Made by a program: the position numbers and the translations under genes. From positions 15,777 through 79,776 of the forward strand of contig DAOQAK010000009.1 of NCBI GenBank assembly GCA_035353855.1: 64,000 nt of DNA. Reading direction: 5' to 3'. Positions 9,308 through 17,590 of this stretch are shown one piece after another. The notes beneath the pieces were generated by a model. It was not told the origin of the DNA, searched no databases, and saw only the letters and a list, made by a program, of their open reading frames with translations. Positions within the stretch are counted from its first letter, which is position 1, and every line of letters begins with the position of its first letter. The stretch is from Bacteroidales bacterium (GTDB lineage Bacteria; Bacteroidota; Bacteroidia; Bacteroidales; CG2-30-32-10).

Positions 9308-10521
9308 TGAAAAAAGTACTAATAATATTATTGTTTTTTCTATATACAGTAAAAGGAATTACTCAAAATTTAGTTCCTAATCCAAGTTTTGAAGAATATT
9401 CAATCTGTCCATCTTCTTTAGGTCAGTTATCTTTTTCTATTCCATGGCAAAACCCAAATAATCGCACTCCTGATTTTTGCAATTCTTGTTGTAGTATTTC
9501 AACTGGTTCTTCTGTTCCTGATAATTCATGGGGGAATGAAAATGCACATACAGGTATTGGTTATAGTGGAATTTGTTCATTTTATAAGTCAGAACTGGGT
9601 AGAGAATATGTACAGGTTCTTCTAATAGATAGTTTAAAAAACAATACGATATATTGCGTTGAATTTTATGTAAGTCTTGGAGATAAATCAGATTATGCTG
9701 TAAATAATCTTGGGGCGTTCCTGTCTACAATGGCAATAAATAGTACGAACGATCTTATAATTTGCATTCCTCAAATTATTAATATTAGTACAAATCCTTT
9801 AACAAATAAAGACGGTTGGAAAAAAATATCAGGTTCGTTTGTTGCATCAGGAGGTGAAAAATATATTACTATCGGGAATTTTAATGACGATCCTTTTTCA
9901 GATACTATCCATGTAGATTCATCTGGATATTGTGGAGGAATGACATATTATTACATAGATGATGTGTGCGTTTACGATTGCAGTGCACCTGTATATATTG
10001 CTGAAGCAGGAAATAACACAACAATATGCAAAGGCGATAGTGTGCAGATAGGTTCTACGCCTCATGCTCAATACCTATATAACTGGCAACCATCAATAGG
10101 ATTAAGCGATACAACAATTGCAAACCCTTATGCTAAACCTGAAATTACAACAAAATATTATTTAACCCAAAAAGATTTTAAATTCGATGAAACGATTGAT
10201 AGCATTACTGTATTTGTAAAAGATTGCAATGATTCAATTACAATACCAAATGCCTTTACCCCCAACGGCGATAGCTACAATGATTATTTTATAGTTCATG
10301 GAAAAAATATTAAAACCATAAGCGGAAAAATATTTAACCGCTGGGGGCAGGAGCTATACAAGTTTACAGATGCAAACAGCAACCCGATAGCTATCGGGTG
10401 GAATGGTAAAACCGAACAGGGAAATGAAGTTTCGGAAGGGACATATTTTTATATTATTACTGTTACTTTTGAAAACGGAGAAGTGCAGGAAAAGCATGGA
10501 TGTATTGAGTTGCTGAGGTAA
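9307..10521 (+). CDS. secreted protein with a T9SS type B (gliding-motility-associated, CHU_C-like) C-terminal domain
   Basis: 404 aa; signal peptide; C-terminal IPNAFTPNGDSYND...NRWGQ...YFYIITV...CIELLR is the characteristic type B sorting domain. Confidence 0.8.
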   Translation: MKKVLIILLFFLYTVKGITQNLVPNPSFEEYSICPSSLGQLSFSIPWQNPNNRTPDFCNSCCSISTGSSVPDNSWGNENAHTGIGYSGICSFYKSELGREYVQVLLIDSLKNNTIYCVEFYVSLGDKSDYAVNNLGAFLSTMAINSTNDLIICIPQIINISTNPLTNKDGWKKISGSFVASGGEKYITIGNFNDDPFSDTIHVDSSGYCGGMTYYYIDDVCVYDCSAPVYIAEAGNNTTICKGDSVQIGSTPHAQYLYNWQPSIGLSDTTIANPYAKPEITTKYYLTQKDFKFDETIDSITVFVKDCNDSITIPNAFTPNGDSYNDYFIVHGKNIKTISGKIFNRWGQELYKFTDANSNPIAIGWNGKTEQGNEVSEGTYFYIITVTFENGEVQEKHGCIELLR

Positions 10522-10579
10522 TTCAGAAATAAAACACAAGAATTTTTAATGTTGAATTATTAATTTTAAATGAAATAAA

Positions 10580-11758
10580 ATGAAAAAAATAATACTATTT
10601 ATTTTTGTATTTACATTAACCATTAATCATATAAATGCTCAATGGCAACAGACAAGCCTTGATAATACTCAAGTTTATTCATTAGCCATAAGCGGAAACA
10701 ATATTTTTGCCGGGACTTTTTATGGTAGTGGTGTGTACTTGTCTTCAAACAATGGAAATAATTGGACTGTTGTGAATACAGGCTTAACAAGTACAATGAT
10801 ACAATCATTAGCTATAAGCGGAAACAACATTTTTGCTGGGACATATAATAATGGGGTATACTTATCAACAGATAATGGCAATAATTGGACAGATATGAAT
10901 ACAGGCTTATTAGATGCCAATATCAAAGCATTAACTATAAAAGGGGACACCATTTTTGCAGGAACTAATGGCGGTGTTTATCTGTCTACAAACAATGGAC
11001 AAAATTGGGCAGCAACATCTTTATCTGATACTATTGCTGTTTTAGCTTTAGTAATTAAAGGGGATTCCATTATTGCCGGGACTGATGGTGGTGTGTATTT
11101 ATCTACAAACAACGGAATAGTTTGGTTAACTTTGAATAATGGTTTACCAGTAAATACTTCAGTTTATTCATTAGCAATAAACGGGAACAATTTTATTGCA
11201 GGTACAGATAATGGTATATATGTTTCTACAAATAATGGAAATAATTGGATTGCTGAAAATACAGGTATAGCAAGTACTTCAATCTACTCATTAGTCATAA
11301 GTGGGAATAACATTTTTGCAGGAACTAATAATGGGGTATATTTTTCTTCAAACAATGGACAACTTTGGACATTGGAAAGTAACGGTTTAGTAAATTATAT
11401 TTATGTTTTTTCTTTAGCCATAAAAGGAGATACTATTTATGCCGGTACAAGTAAACCGGGAACATCTGGTGGTGGTGTATGGAAACGTCCATTATCTGAA
11501 TTAACGGGAATAGCAGAACAATATAATTATATTAATGATTTCTCTTTTTATCCTAATCCTGTAAAAAATTATATTACCATTAAAAACTCTAAAGAAACAG
11601 AAATAAACTTTTATTCAATTCAGGGACAACTAATAAAAACCCTAACAACAAACAGTAATAAAACAAGTGTTGATGTTTCAGCATTTCCAAGTGGTGTTTA
11701 TATTATTGAAGTTAAAACAAACGAAAGTTGTTTATTGAAAAAATTTATAAAGGAATAA
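10580..11758 (+). CDS. BNR/Asp-box beta-propeller protein (about 7 repeats of roughly 47 aa) with a T9SS type A C-terminal sorting domain
   Basis: Repeating ...LAISGNNIFAGT...GVYLS[ST][DN]NG.NW... (Asp-box SxDxGxxW-like) gives a visible periodicity of about 141 nt in the DNA; C-terminal YPNPVKNYITIK...GVYIIEV CTD-A. Confidence 0.75.
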   Translation: MKKIILFIFVFTLTINHINAQWQQTSLDNTQVYSLAISGNNIFAGTFYGSGVYLSSNNGNNWTVVNTGLTSTMIQSLAISGNNIFAGTYNNGVYLSTDNGNNWTDMNTGLLDANIKALTIKGDTIFAGTNGGVYLSTNNGQNWAATSLSDTIAVLALVIKGDSIIAGTDGGVYLSTNNGIVWLTLNNGLPVNTSVYSLAINGNNFIAGTDNGIYVSTNNGNNWIAENTGIASTSIYSLVISGNNIFAGTNNGVYFSSNNGQLWTLESNGLVNYIYVFSLAIKGDTIYAGTSKPGTSGGGVWKRPLSELTGIAEQYNYINDFSFYPNPVKNYITIKNSKETEINFYSIQGQLIKTLTTNSNKTSVDVSAFPSGVYIIEVKTNESCLLKKFIKE

Positions 11759-11818
11759 ATTATATTATTTCTTAAGACAACTATATAAATGTTTTTCAAT
11801 TTACTTTTTAAAATGTCA

Positions 11819-11864
11819 AAGTACAGGAAAAGCATGAAGTGATTGAATTTCTGAGGTAATTCAG
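11819..11864 (+). pseudogene. remnant of the last 12 codons, stop and first 3-prime UTR bases of a T9SS type B CTD gene (VQEKHEVIEFLR*), paralogous to the end of the 9307-10521 gene
   Basis: aagtacaggaaaagcatgaagtgattgaatttctgaggtaattcag versus 10481-10526 aagtgcaggaaaagcatggatgtattgagttgctgaggtaattcag (about 87% identity, same frame logic, shared taattcag after the stop). Confidence 0.65.
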
Positions 11865-11925
11865 CATGCAGTCCGCCGAGGTGGATAAGAATCAAGGATG
11901 AATGTTCAATTTTGAATGATTAATA

Positions 11926-12570
11926 TAAAATTACCTAATAACTCTGAAAAACGAATAACCTAACCAGCAACCACAAACTAATAACCAAAGACATCAATTT
12001 AATATTTTCCATTTACTATTATCTATCCGCCGTGGCGGAGCTATAAAAAGGTCAAAGGTTGAAAGGTTTAGCTACAAGCCAAGTCAATGGTTAAAGGGGG
12101 GTGGAAAAACTCCATTAACAAAAAACATATAACCAAGCCAGCAGCCATCAGCCAACAACCAATCCGCCTTGGCGGACATCAATTTAATATTTTCTATTTG
12201 CAATTATCTATCCGCCGTGGCGGAGCTATAAAAAGGTCAAAGGTTGAAAGGTTTAGCTACAAGCCAAGTCAATGGTTAAAGGGGGGTGGAAAAACTCCAT
12301 TAACAAAAAACATATAACCAAGCCAGCAGCCATCAGCCAACAACCAATCCGCCTTGGCGGACATCAATTTAATATTTTCTATTTGCAATTATCTATCCGC
12401 CGTGGCGGAGCTATAAAAAGGTCAAAGGTTGAAAGGTTTAGCTACAAGCCAAGTCAATGGTTAAAGGGGGGTGGAAAAACTCCATTAACAAAAAACATAT
12501 AACCAAGCCAGCAGCCATCAGCCAAAAACCACAACCATTTCTTCTATTTGATATTTTCTATTTGCTATCA
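11926..12570. repeat. tandem array of a 185-bp unit (about 3.4 copies; copies 2 and 3 identical, copy 1 degenerate at its 5-prime side, last copy partial); each unit carries two short GC hairpins (CCGCC-GT-GGCGG and CCGCC-TT-GGCGG)
   Basis: Two identical 76-aa track ORFs offset by exactly 185 bp (12087 and 12272) are artefacts of this repeat; sequence verified by eye (…atctatccgccgtggcggagctataaaaaggtcaaaggttgaaaggtttagctacaagccaagtcaatggttaaaggggggtggaaaaactccattaacaaaaaacatataaccaagccagcagccatcagccaacaaccaatccgccttggcggacatcaatttaatattttctatttgcaattatc…). Confidence 0.85.
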
Positions 12571-12748
12571 TCAATGAAGTAATACCAATTGTTAATTTAA
12601 AATAGTCCAAAGGCTATTTTAAATTTTACAATGGTTATGCCGATGACATAGATGTTATAATACAATTTATTGGACTATTACATATATACAATCGGTATTA
12701 TTTGCTATCTAATGATTATTAATTAAATTTGCATTTCAATATAAAATT

Positions 12749-13838
12749 ATGGTAACTGCTGAAAATATTAAAGACCTTACCCGAAGGCTCGAAGCCTTAA
12801 GGAGGTTCCTTTGACATTAAGAAAAAACTTTCACTGATTGCCGAAGAAGAAAAACTTACATTACAACCCGATTTCTGGAACGACTCCAAACAAGCCGAAA
12901 AAATTTTAAAATCAATTAAAGAAAAAAAAAGCTGGACTGAAGCATATTCCCTTTCTGAAAGCGGAATGAACGATTTGAATGTGATGTGGGATTTTTTCCA
13001 GGAAGGCGAAGCTACCGAAGAGGATATTGATAAACAATATTCCGCTACTTTAAATAATATTGAGGTTCTTGAATTCCGCAATATGCTTAGCGGAGAAGAA
13101 GATAAACTGGGTTCTGTATTAAATATCAATTCGGGAGCTGGCGGAACCGAAAGCCAGGACTGGGCCGAAATGCTTATGCGAATGTACATCCGCTGGGGCG
13201 AACGAAATAATTATAAAATAAATGTTCTTGATGTGCAGGAAGGCGATGTTGCCGGAATAAAATCGGCATCACTCGAATTTGAAGGTGATTACGCTTATGG
13301 TTATCTGAAAGGGGAAAGCGGTGTTCACCGTTTGGTAAGGCTTTCGCCATTTGATGCTGCCAATAAACGTCACACATCATTTGCTTCTGTGTTTGCTTAT
13401 CCTATAATAGATGAAAATATAAATATCGATATCAATCCTGCCGATATTAGCTGGGATACCTATCGTTCTTCAGGTCCGGGCGGACAAAATGTGAATAAGG
13501 TTGAGACCGCAGTTCGTTTGCGCCATGCTCCAACCGGTATTATCATCGAATGCCAGGTAACCCGCTCACAGCAACAGAATCGTGAAAAAGCTTTACAGAT
13601 GCTTAAATCGCAGTTATACGAATTGGAACTGCGTAAGAAAAAAGAAACACTTGCTGAAATAGAAGGAAATAAAAAAAGAATAGAATGGGGCTCGCAAATT
13701 CGTAATTACGTTATGCATCCTTACAAAATGGTCAAAGATTTACGAACAGGTGTTGAGACATCGAATGTGCAGGCAGTGATGGATGGCGATTTATACGATT
13801 TTATTAAAGCTTACCTGATGGAATTCGGACAGAAATAA
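12749..13838 (+). CDS. prfB: peptide chain release factor 2, with programmed +1 ribosomal frameshift (frame 0 ends [21 protein letters not shown]-stop; the +1 frame continues DIKKK...GGQ...)
   Basis: Frame 0 ATG at 12749 runs to CTT-TGA at 12809-12814; the sequence AGGAGG-TTC-CTT-TGA-C is the canonical RF2 autoregulatory shift site; the downstream frame (track ORF 12966-13838) carries the SPF and GGQ motifs with strong similarity to RF2. Confidence 0.9.
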
Positions 13839-14029
13839 GTCCTAAAATTCAAGCATCAAGCTCAAAACCCAAATGGTCTTCTTGGAAAAAATAATTAAGG
13901 AGATTAAACGCTATAATAGTGTTTGAAAATTCTTTTCTCTTTTTGAATTTGATACTTTGGATTTTTTTTACATAATATTGTTAATGAAATAACAAAAAAT
14001 GTAAATTAGCATGTCGATTAATTTTTAAT

Positions 14030-14371
14030 ATGTACCAGGTTTATCATAATCCCCGTTGTAAAATAAGTCGTAGTGTTGTTGATGAATTACAGAAACACAA
14101 TGCAGAAATTCAGATAATCGATTACCAGAAAAATATTCCAGGCATTGAAGAATTAAAAAAGCTTCTTGCAAAATTGCATTTGAAACCTTTTGATATTATC
14201 AGGAAGAACGAAAAAATTTTCAAGGAAAAATTTCAGAAAAAAAAGTTCACCGACGATGAATGGCTTATCATTATTCGCGAATATCCGATATTGATGGAAC
14301 GTCCAATAGTTGTAAAAAATAATAAAGCCATTATTTGCAGGCCCCCTGAAAGAATTGAAGAATTTCTGTAA
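14030..14371 (+). CDS. ArsC/Spx/YffB-family (arsenate-reductase-like thioredoxin fold) protein
   Basis: 113 aa with the N-terminal YHNPRC motif typical of the ArsC family. Confidence 0.65.
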   Translation: MYQVYHNPRCKISRSVVDELQKHNAEIQIIDYQKNIPGIEELKKLLAKLHLKPFDIIRKNEKIFKEKFQKKKFTDDEWLIIIREYPILMERPIVVKNNKAIICRPPERIEEFL

Positions 14372-14411
14372 AAAAAGAAAAATAAAATTTAAACTATAAA
14401 CAACATACACT

Positions 14412-16025
14412 ATGGCGGATTTTATTTATGAAAAGCCTTTTCAGATTGGAAAGGATTTAACCAGGTACAGACTGCTTACAAAAGATTATGTAAAAGTAAT
14501 TGAAGCAGGAGGCAGAAAAATTTTACAGGTTGACCCGAAAGGATTAGAGCTTCTTGCAAAAGAAGCAATTTTTGATTTGTCATTTTTTCTTCGCACTTCT
14601 CATCTTGAAAAGTGTGCAAAAATACTTGACGATCCCGAAGCAACAGACAATGACAAATTTGTTGCGCATGTGATGCTTAAAAATACTGTTATTTCTGCTA
14701 AAGGTGAACTTCCATGGTGCCAGGATACCGGAACAGCAATAGTGATAGGCAAAAAGGGTGAGCAGGTTTGGACGAGCGGTAATGATGCAGAATTTTTATC
14801 GAAAGGAATTTATACAACATACCAGGAAAAGAACCTGAGGTATTCGCAGATAATACCATTGTCAATGTTTGAAGAAAAGAATTCAGGAACGAACATGCCT
14901 GCACAGGTTGACATTTATGCAACAGAAGGGATGTCGTACGATTTTCTGTTTATTACCAAAGGCGGTGGCTCTGCTAATAAAACATTCTTATATCAGCAAA
15001 CAAAATCATTGTTGAATGAAGAATCGCTGGTAAAATTTGTGAAAGATAAAATTAAAGATCTTGGTACATCAGCCTGTCCGCCTTATCACCTGGCGCTTGT
15101 AATTGGCGGTACCTCTGCTGAAGTTACACTTAAAACCGTGAAAGAAGCATCTGCCGGCTATCTTGATAATCTGCCAACAACAGGTAACGCCAGCGGTCGT
15201 GCATTCCGTGATATTGAATGGGAAAAGAAAATTGAAAAAATTTGTAATGAATATGGTGTAGGTGCACAGTACGGTGGAAAATATTTTGCCCACGATGTAC
15301 GGGTGATAAGGCTTACACGTCATGCAGCCTCTTGTCCTGTTGGATTGGGAGTGAGTTGTAGTGCCGACAGAAATATTAAAGCACACATTAATGAGAATGG
15401 AATTTTCATTGAAGAGCTTGAAAGAAAACCCGAACGTTTTATTCCTGCAAAAGAACCGAAACTTGAAAAAGCAGTTGAAATAAATCTCGACAGGCCGATG
15501 AAAGAAGTTCTGGCCGAGCTTACAAAATATCCAATTAAAACCAGGTTGAGTCTTACCGGAACACTAATAGTTGCAAGGGATGCAGCTCATGCACAGCTTA
15601 AAAAAATTATTGATGAAGGTAAACCAATGCCTGATTATTTTAAGAATCATCCTATTTATTATGCAGGCCCTGCAAAGACTCCGAAAGGTATGCCTTCGGG
15701 AAGCTTTGGTCCAACAACTGCCGGACGTATGGATCCTTATGTTGATTTATTCCAGAGCCTTGGTGGTTCGTTGATCATGCTGGCAAAAGGAAACCGTACC
15801 AAAGCTGTTAAAGATGCATGCAAAAAATATAGTGGATTCTATCTTGGCTCTATTGGTGGACCTGCTGCAATACTTGCTGCTGAAAATATTAAGTCTGTTG
15901 AGCTTGTAGATTTTGAAGACCTTGGCATGGAAGCTATCCGTAAAATCAGGGTTGAAAATATGCCGGCATTCATCATTACTGATGATAAGGGAAATGATTT
16001 TTTTGATGAGTACAACAATAAATAA
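14412..16025 (+). CDS. fumB: class I (Fe-S dependent) fumarate hydratase, fused alpha+beta single-chain form
   Basis: 537 aa; size and architecture of the single-chain class I fumarase/tartrate dehydratase family with conserved Cys (WCQDTG..., CPPY..., SCPVG). Confidence 0.75.
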   Translation: MADFIYEKPFQIGKDLTRYRLLTKDYVKVIEAGGRKILQVDPKGLELLAKEAIFDLSFFLRTSHLEKCAKILDDPEATDNDKFVAHVMLKNTVISAKGELPWCQDTGTAIVIGKKGEQVWTSGNDAEFLSKGIYTTYQEKNLRYSQIIPLSMFEEKNSGTNMPAQVDIYATEGMSYDFLFITKGGGSANKTFLYQQTKSLLNEESLVKFVKDKIKDLGTSACPPYHLALVIGGTSAEVTLKTVKEASAGYLDNLPTTGNASGRAFRDIEWEKKIEKICNEYGVGAQYGGKYFAHDVRVIRLTRHAASCPVGLGVSCSADRNIKAHINENGIFIEELERKPERFIPAKEPKLEKAVEINLDRPMKEVLAELTKYPIKTRLSLTGTLIVARDAAHAQLKKIIDEGKPMPDYFKNHPIYYAGPAKTPKGMPSGSFGPTTAGRMDPYVDLFQSLGGSLIMLAKGNRTKAVKDACKKYSGFYLGSIGGPAAILAAENIKSVELVDFEDLGMEAIRKIRVENMPAFIITDDKGNDFFDEYNNK

Positions 16026-16043
16026 AAATAAATTTTGCTTCAT

Positions 16044-16078
16044 AAAAAAACTCATGAGCAATCATGAGTTTTTTTATT
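16044..16078. terminator. bidirectional rho-independent terminator between convergent genes (AAAAACTCATGA-gcaa-TCATGAGTTTTT)
   Basis: Perfect 8-bp stem flanked by an A-run and a T-run, so functional on both strands. Confidence 0.7.
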
Positions 16079-16100
16079 TTTCTGAAAGATAGATTTTAAT

Positions 16101-17258
16101 TTATTTTAATAATGATTTATTTTTCCAGACAATATCTTTAACCATTCCTTTTAATACTTCTCCTGCTTTTAAGATCATTGCAGGGTTTGAAGGGAAAGGT
16201 AGAAAATCATTACCTAATTTCTTTTTGGTTTCATCAGTAAGTGCATTCAAATCACCATTAGCTGTTGCAAAATAATTTTCAAAAAATGATTCGGCGGTAA
16301 CAGGTTCGGTCTTTATCAAATCTTCTGTTTCTGCACTTAAGTAATCAAGAGCTCCGCTGATGACAGCCGATTTCTTTTGCATGGTTTCATTAACAATGCA
16401 GGTAATAGTTTTATATTTTGGGATTTTAATATCATTACCTAAGCTGTCTTTCATAACATTGCCAAGCGAATCGAGTTTGTATGTGAATCCGTCCTGAATT
16501 TCTTTTGTTTCGGTATATTGTTTTTCTTTGATTGATTCCGGTGAAACATCAATAACTTTTATGTTCATCAAAATAACATAAGCGTAATCGCGTCCTTCAA
16601 CTTCTTTGGTATCGTAGTTAATCCACATCTGGTTCAATTCCGACATTGATATTTTTGTAAGTATGGATTCAAAATCTGCAGGCAATGGAATAGTTGTTCC
16701 ATTTAAGATTTTAAATAACACATTTGCTGTTCCTTTTACAATAGCTGCTTTTTCAAGCGAATCGCAATCTTTATAAGTGGTATAATAATTTTTTACTTTT
16801 TCAAATTCATAATATGCTTTTTGTGCATTTTCGCATCCGCTTTGTTTTAAAAGAGATTTTGCATGAACATAAAAATATTCGGCAGCTTTCTTCTTGGCTT
16901 CGATAATATCGTTATCATAATTTACATTTTCAAAACCAATTTTGCTTAATAAATTTTCGGGCAATACTTTTACTTTTTCCTGGCGTACTTTAAGAGAAAC
17001 ATATTTTGAATATACTTTGTCCCAAATATCGGGTTCACCTGTTTTCTTTAAAAATGTAATATCATCAAGGTCTTTCTGGTTTGCAAGTTTGTATGAGTTT
17101 GAAAGTACATTAAGTTCCTTATATTTTTCATTCAAAACTTTTTTCAATGACTTGTTTATCGCTTCATCGTAAAATCCTTTTTGCATTAATTTTTTTGACG
17201 AAGAACATCCCGAAATGATTATCATCAGTGTGATTGAAAGGGTAAATATTTTTTTCAT
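16101..17258 (-). CDS. hypothetical lipoprotein
   Basis: Signal peptide and lipobox (MKKIFTLSITLMIIISGCSSS); likely start is the internal Met at 17258 rather than the ORF-track start 17294. Confidence 0.55.
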   Translation of the reverse strand: MKKIFTLSITLMIIISGCSSSKKLMQKGFYDEAINKSLKKVLNEKYKELNVLSNSYKLANQKDLDDITFLKKTGEPDIWDKVYSKYVSLKVRQEKVKVLPENLLSKIGFENVNYDNDIIEAKKKAAEYFYVHAKSLLKQSGCENAQKAYYEFEKVKNYYTTYKDCDSLEKAAIVKGTANVLFKILNGTTIPLPADFESILTKISMSELNQMWINYDTKEVEGRDYAYVILMNIKVIDVSPESIKEKQYTETKEIQDGFTYKLDSLGNVMKDSLGNDIKIPKYKTITCIVNETMQKKSAVISGALDYLSAETEDLIKTEPVTAESFFENYFATANGDLNALTDETKKKLGNDFLPFPSNPAMILKAGEVLKGMVKDIVWKNKSLLK

Positions 17259-17339
17259 AACATCATGTATTAAGTTGCAAAAATAAATAAACAAAGATTA
17301 AGCCATTTAATAAAAGTTTTATTATTACAATAGTTTGTT

Positions 17340-17460
17340 AATCTTTTAATAATTTTTAGGCTAAAGCCCAATTTTATTGAGTTTTATTAATCCCGATTTT
17401 AAGGTCGGGGTTATTGTGAAACCCACAATTATAAAGGGCTTTAGTCCTTACATAAAAATT
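17340..17460. repeat. intergenic repeat element with paired inverted arms (AGGCTAAAGCCC ... AAGGGCTTTAGTCC) flanking a central CCCGA-N8-TCGGG hairpin; a second copy lies at 39955-40025
   Basis: Read directly; 39955-40025 carries CCCCGACC-TTTA-GGTCGGGG followed by AAAGGGCTTTAGCCC. Confidence 0.55.
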
Positions 17461-17590
17461 ACCTAACAATTATTATTAGACATAAACATAAAATTGAAGG
17501 ATTAAAAATAATTTATTCATTTTTCTTTTACAAATGAATATCTTAATTTTGAGGTTTCTAAAAAAATAGGGTTACATAAAAATATAAATA

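Noticed and set aside
12087-12502. Two identical 76-aa ORFs (12087-12317 and 12272-12502) in the six-frame track
   Set aside because: They are wrap-around translations of the 185-bp tandem repeat (each ORF is longer than one repeat unit). There is no start context, and identical copies offset by exactly one unit indicate a repeat artefact, not genes.
11926-12570. Possible CRISPR array
   Set aside because: The entire 185-bp unit is repeated with no unique spacers, the unit is far longer than CRISPR repeats, and there are no cas genes nearby.
12797-13189. 130-aa minus-strand ORF
   Set aside because: Antisense to prfB, whose protein is unambiguous; an AT-rich antisense ORF with no features.
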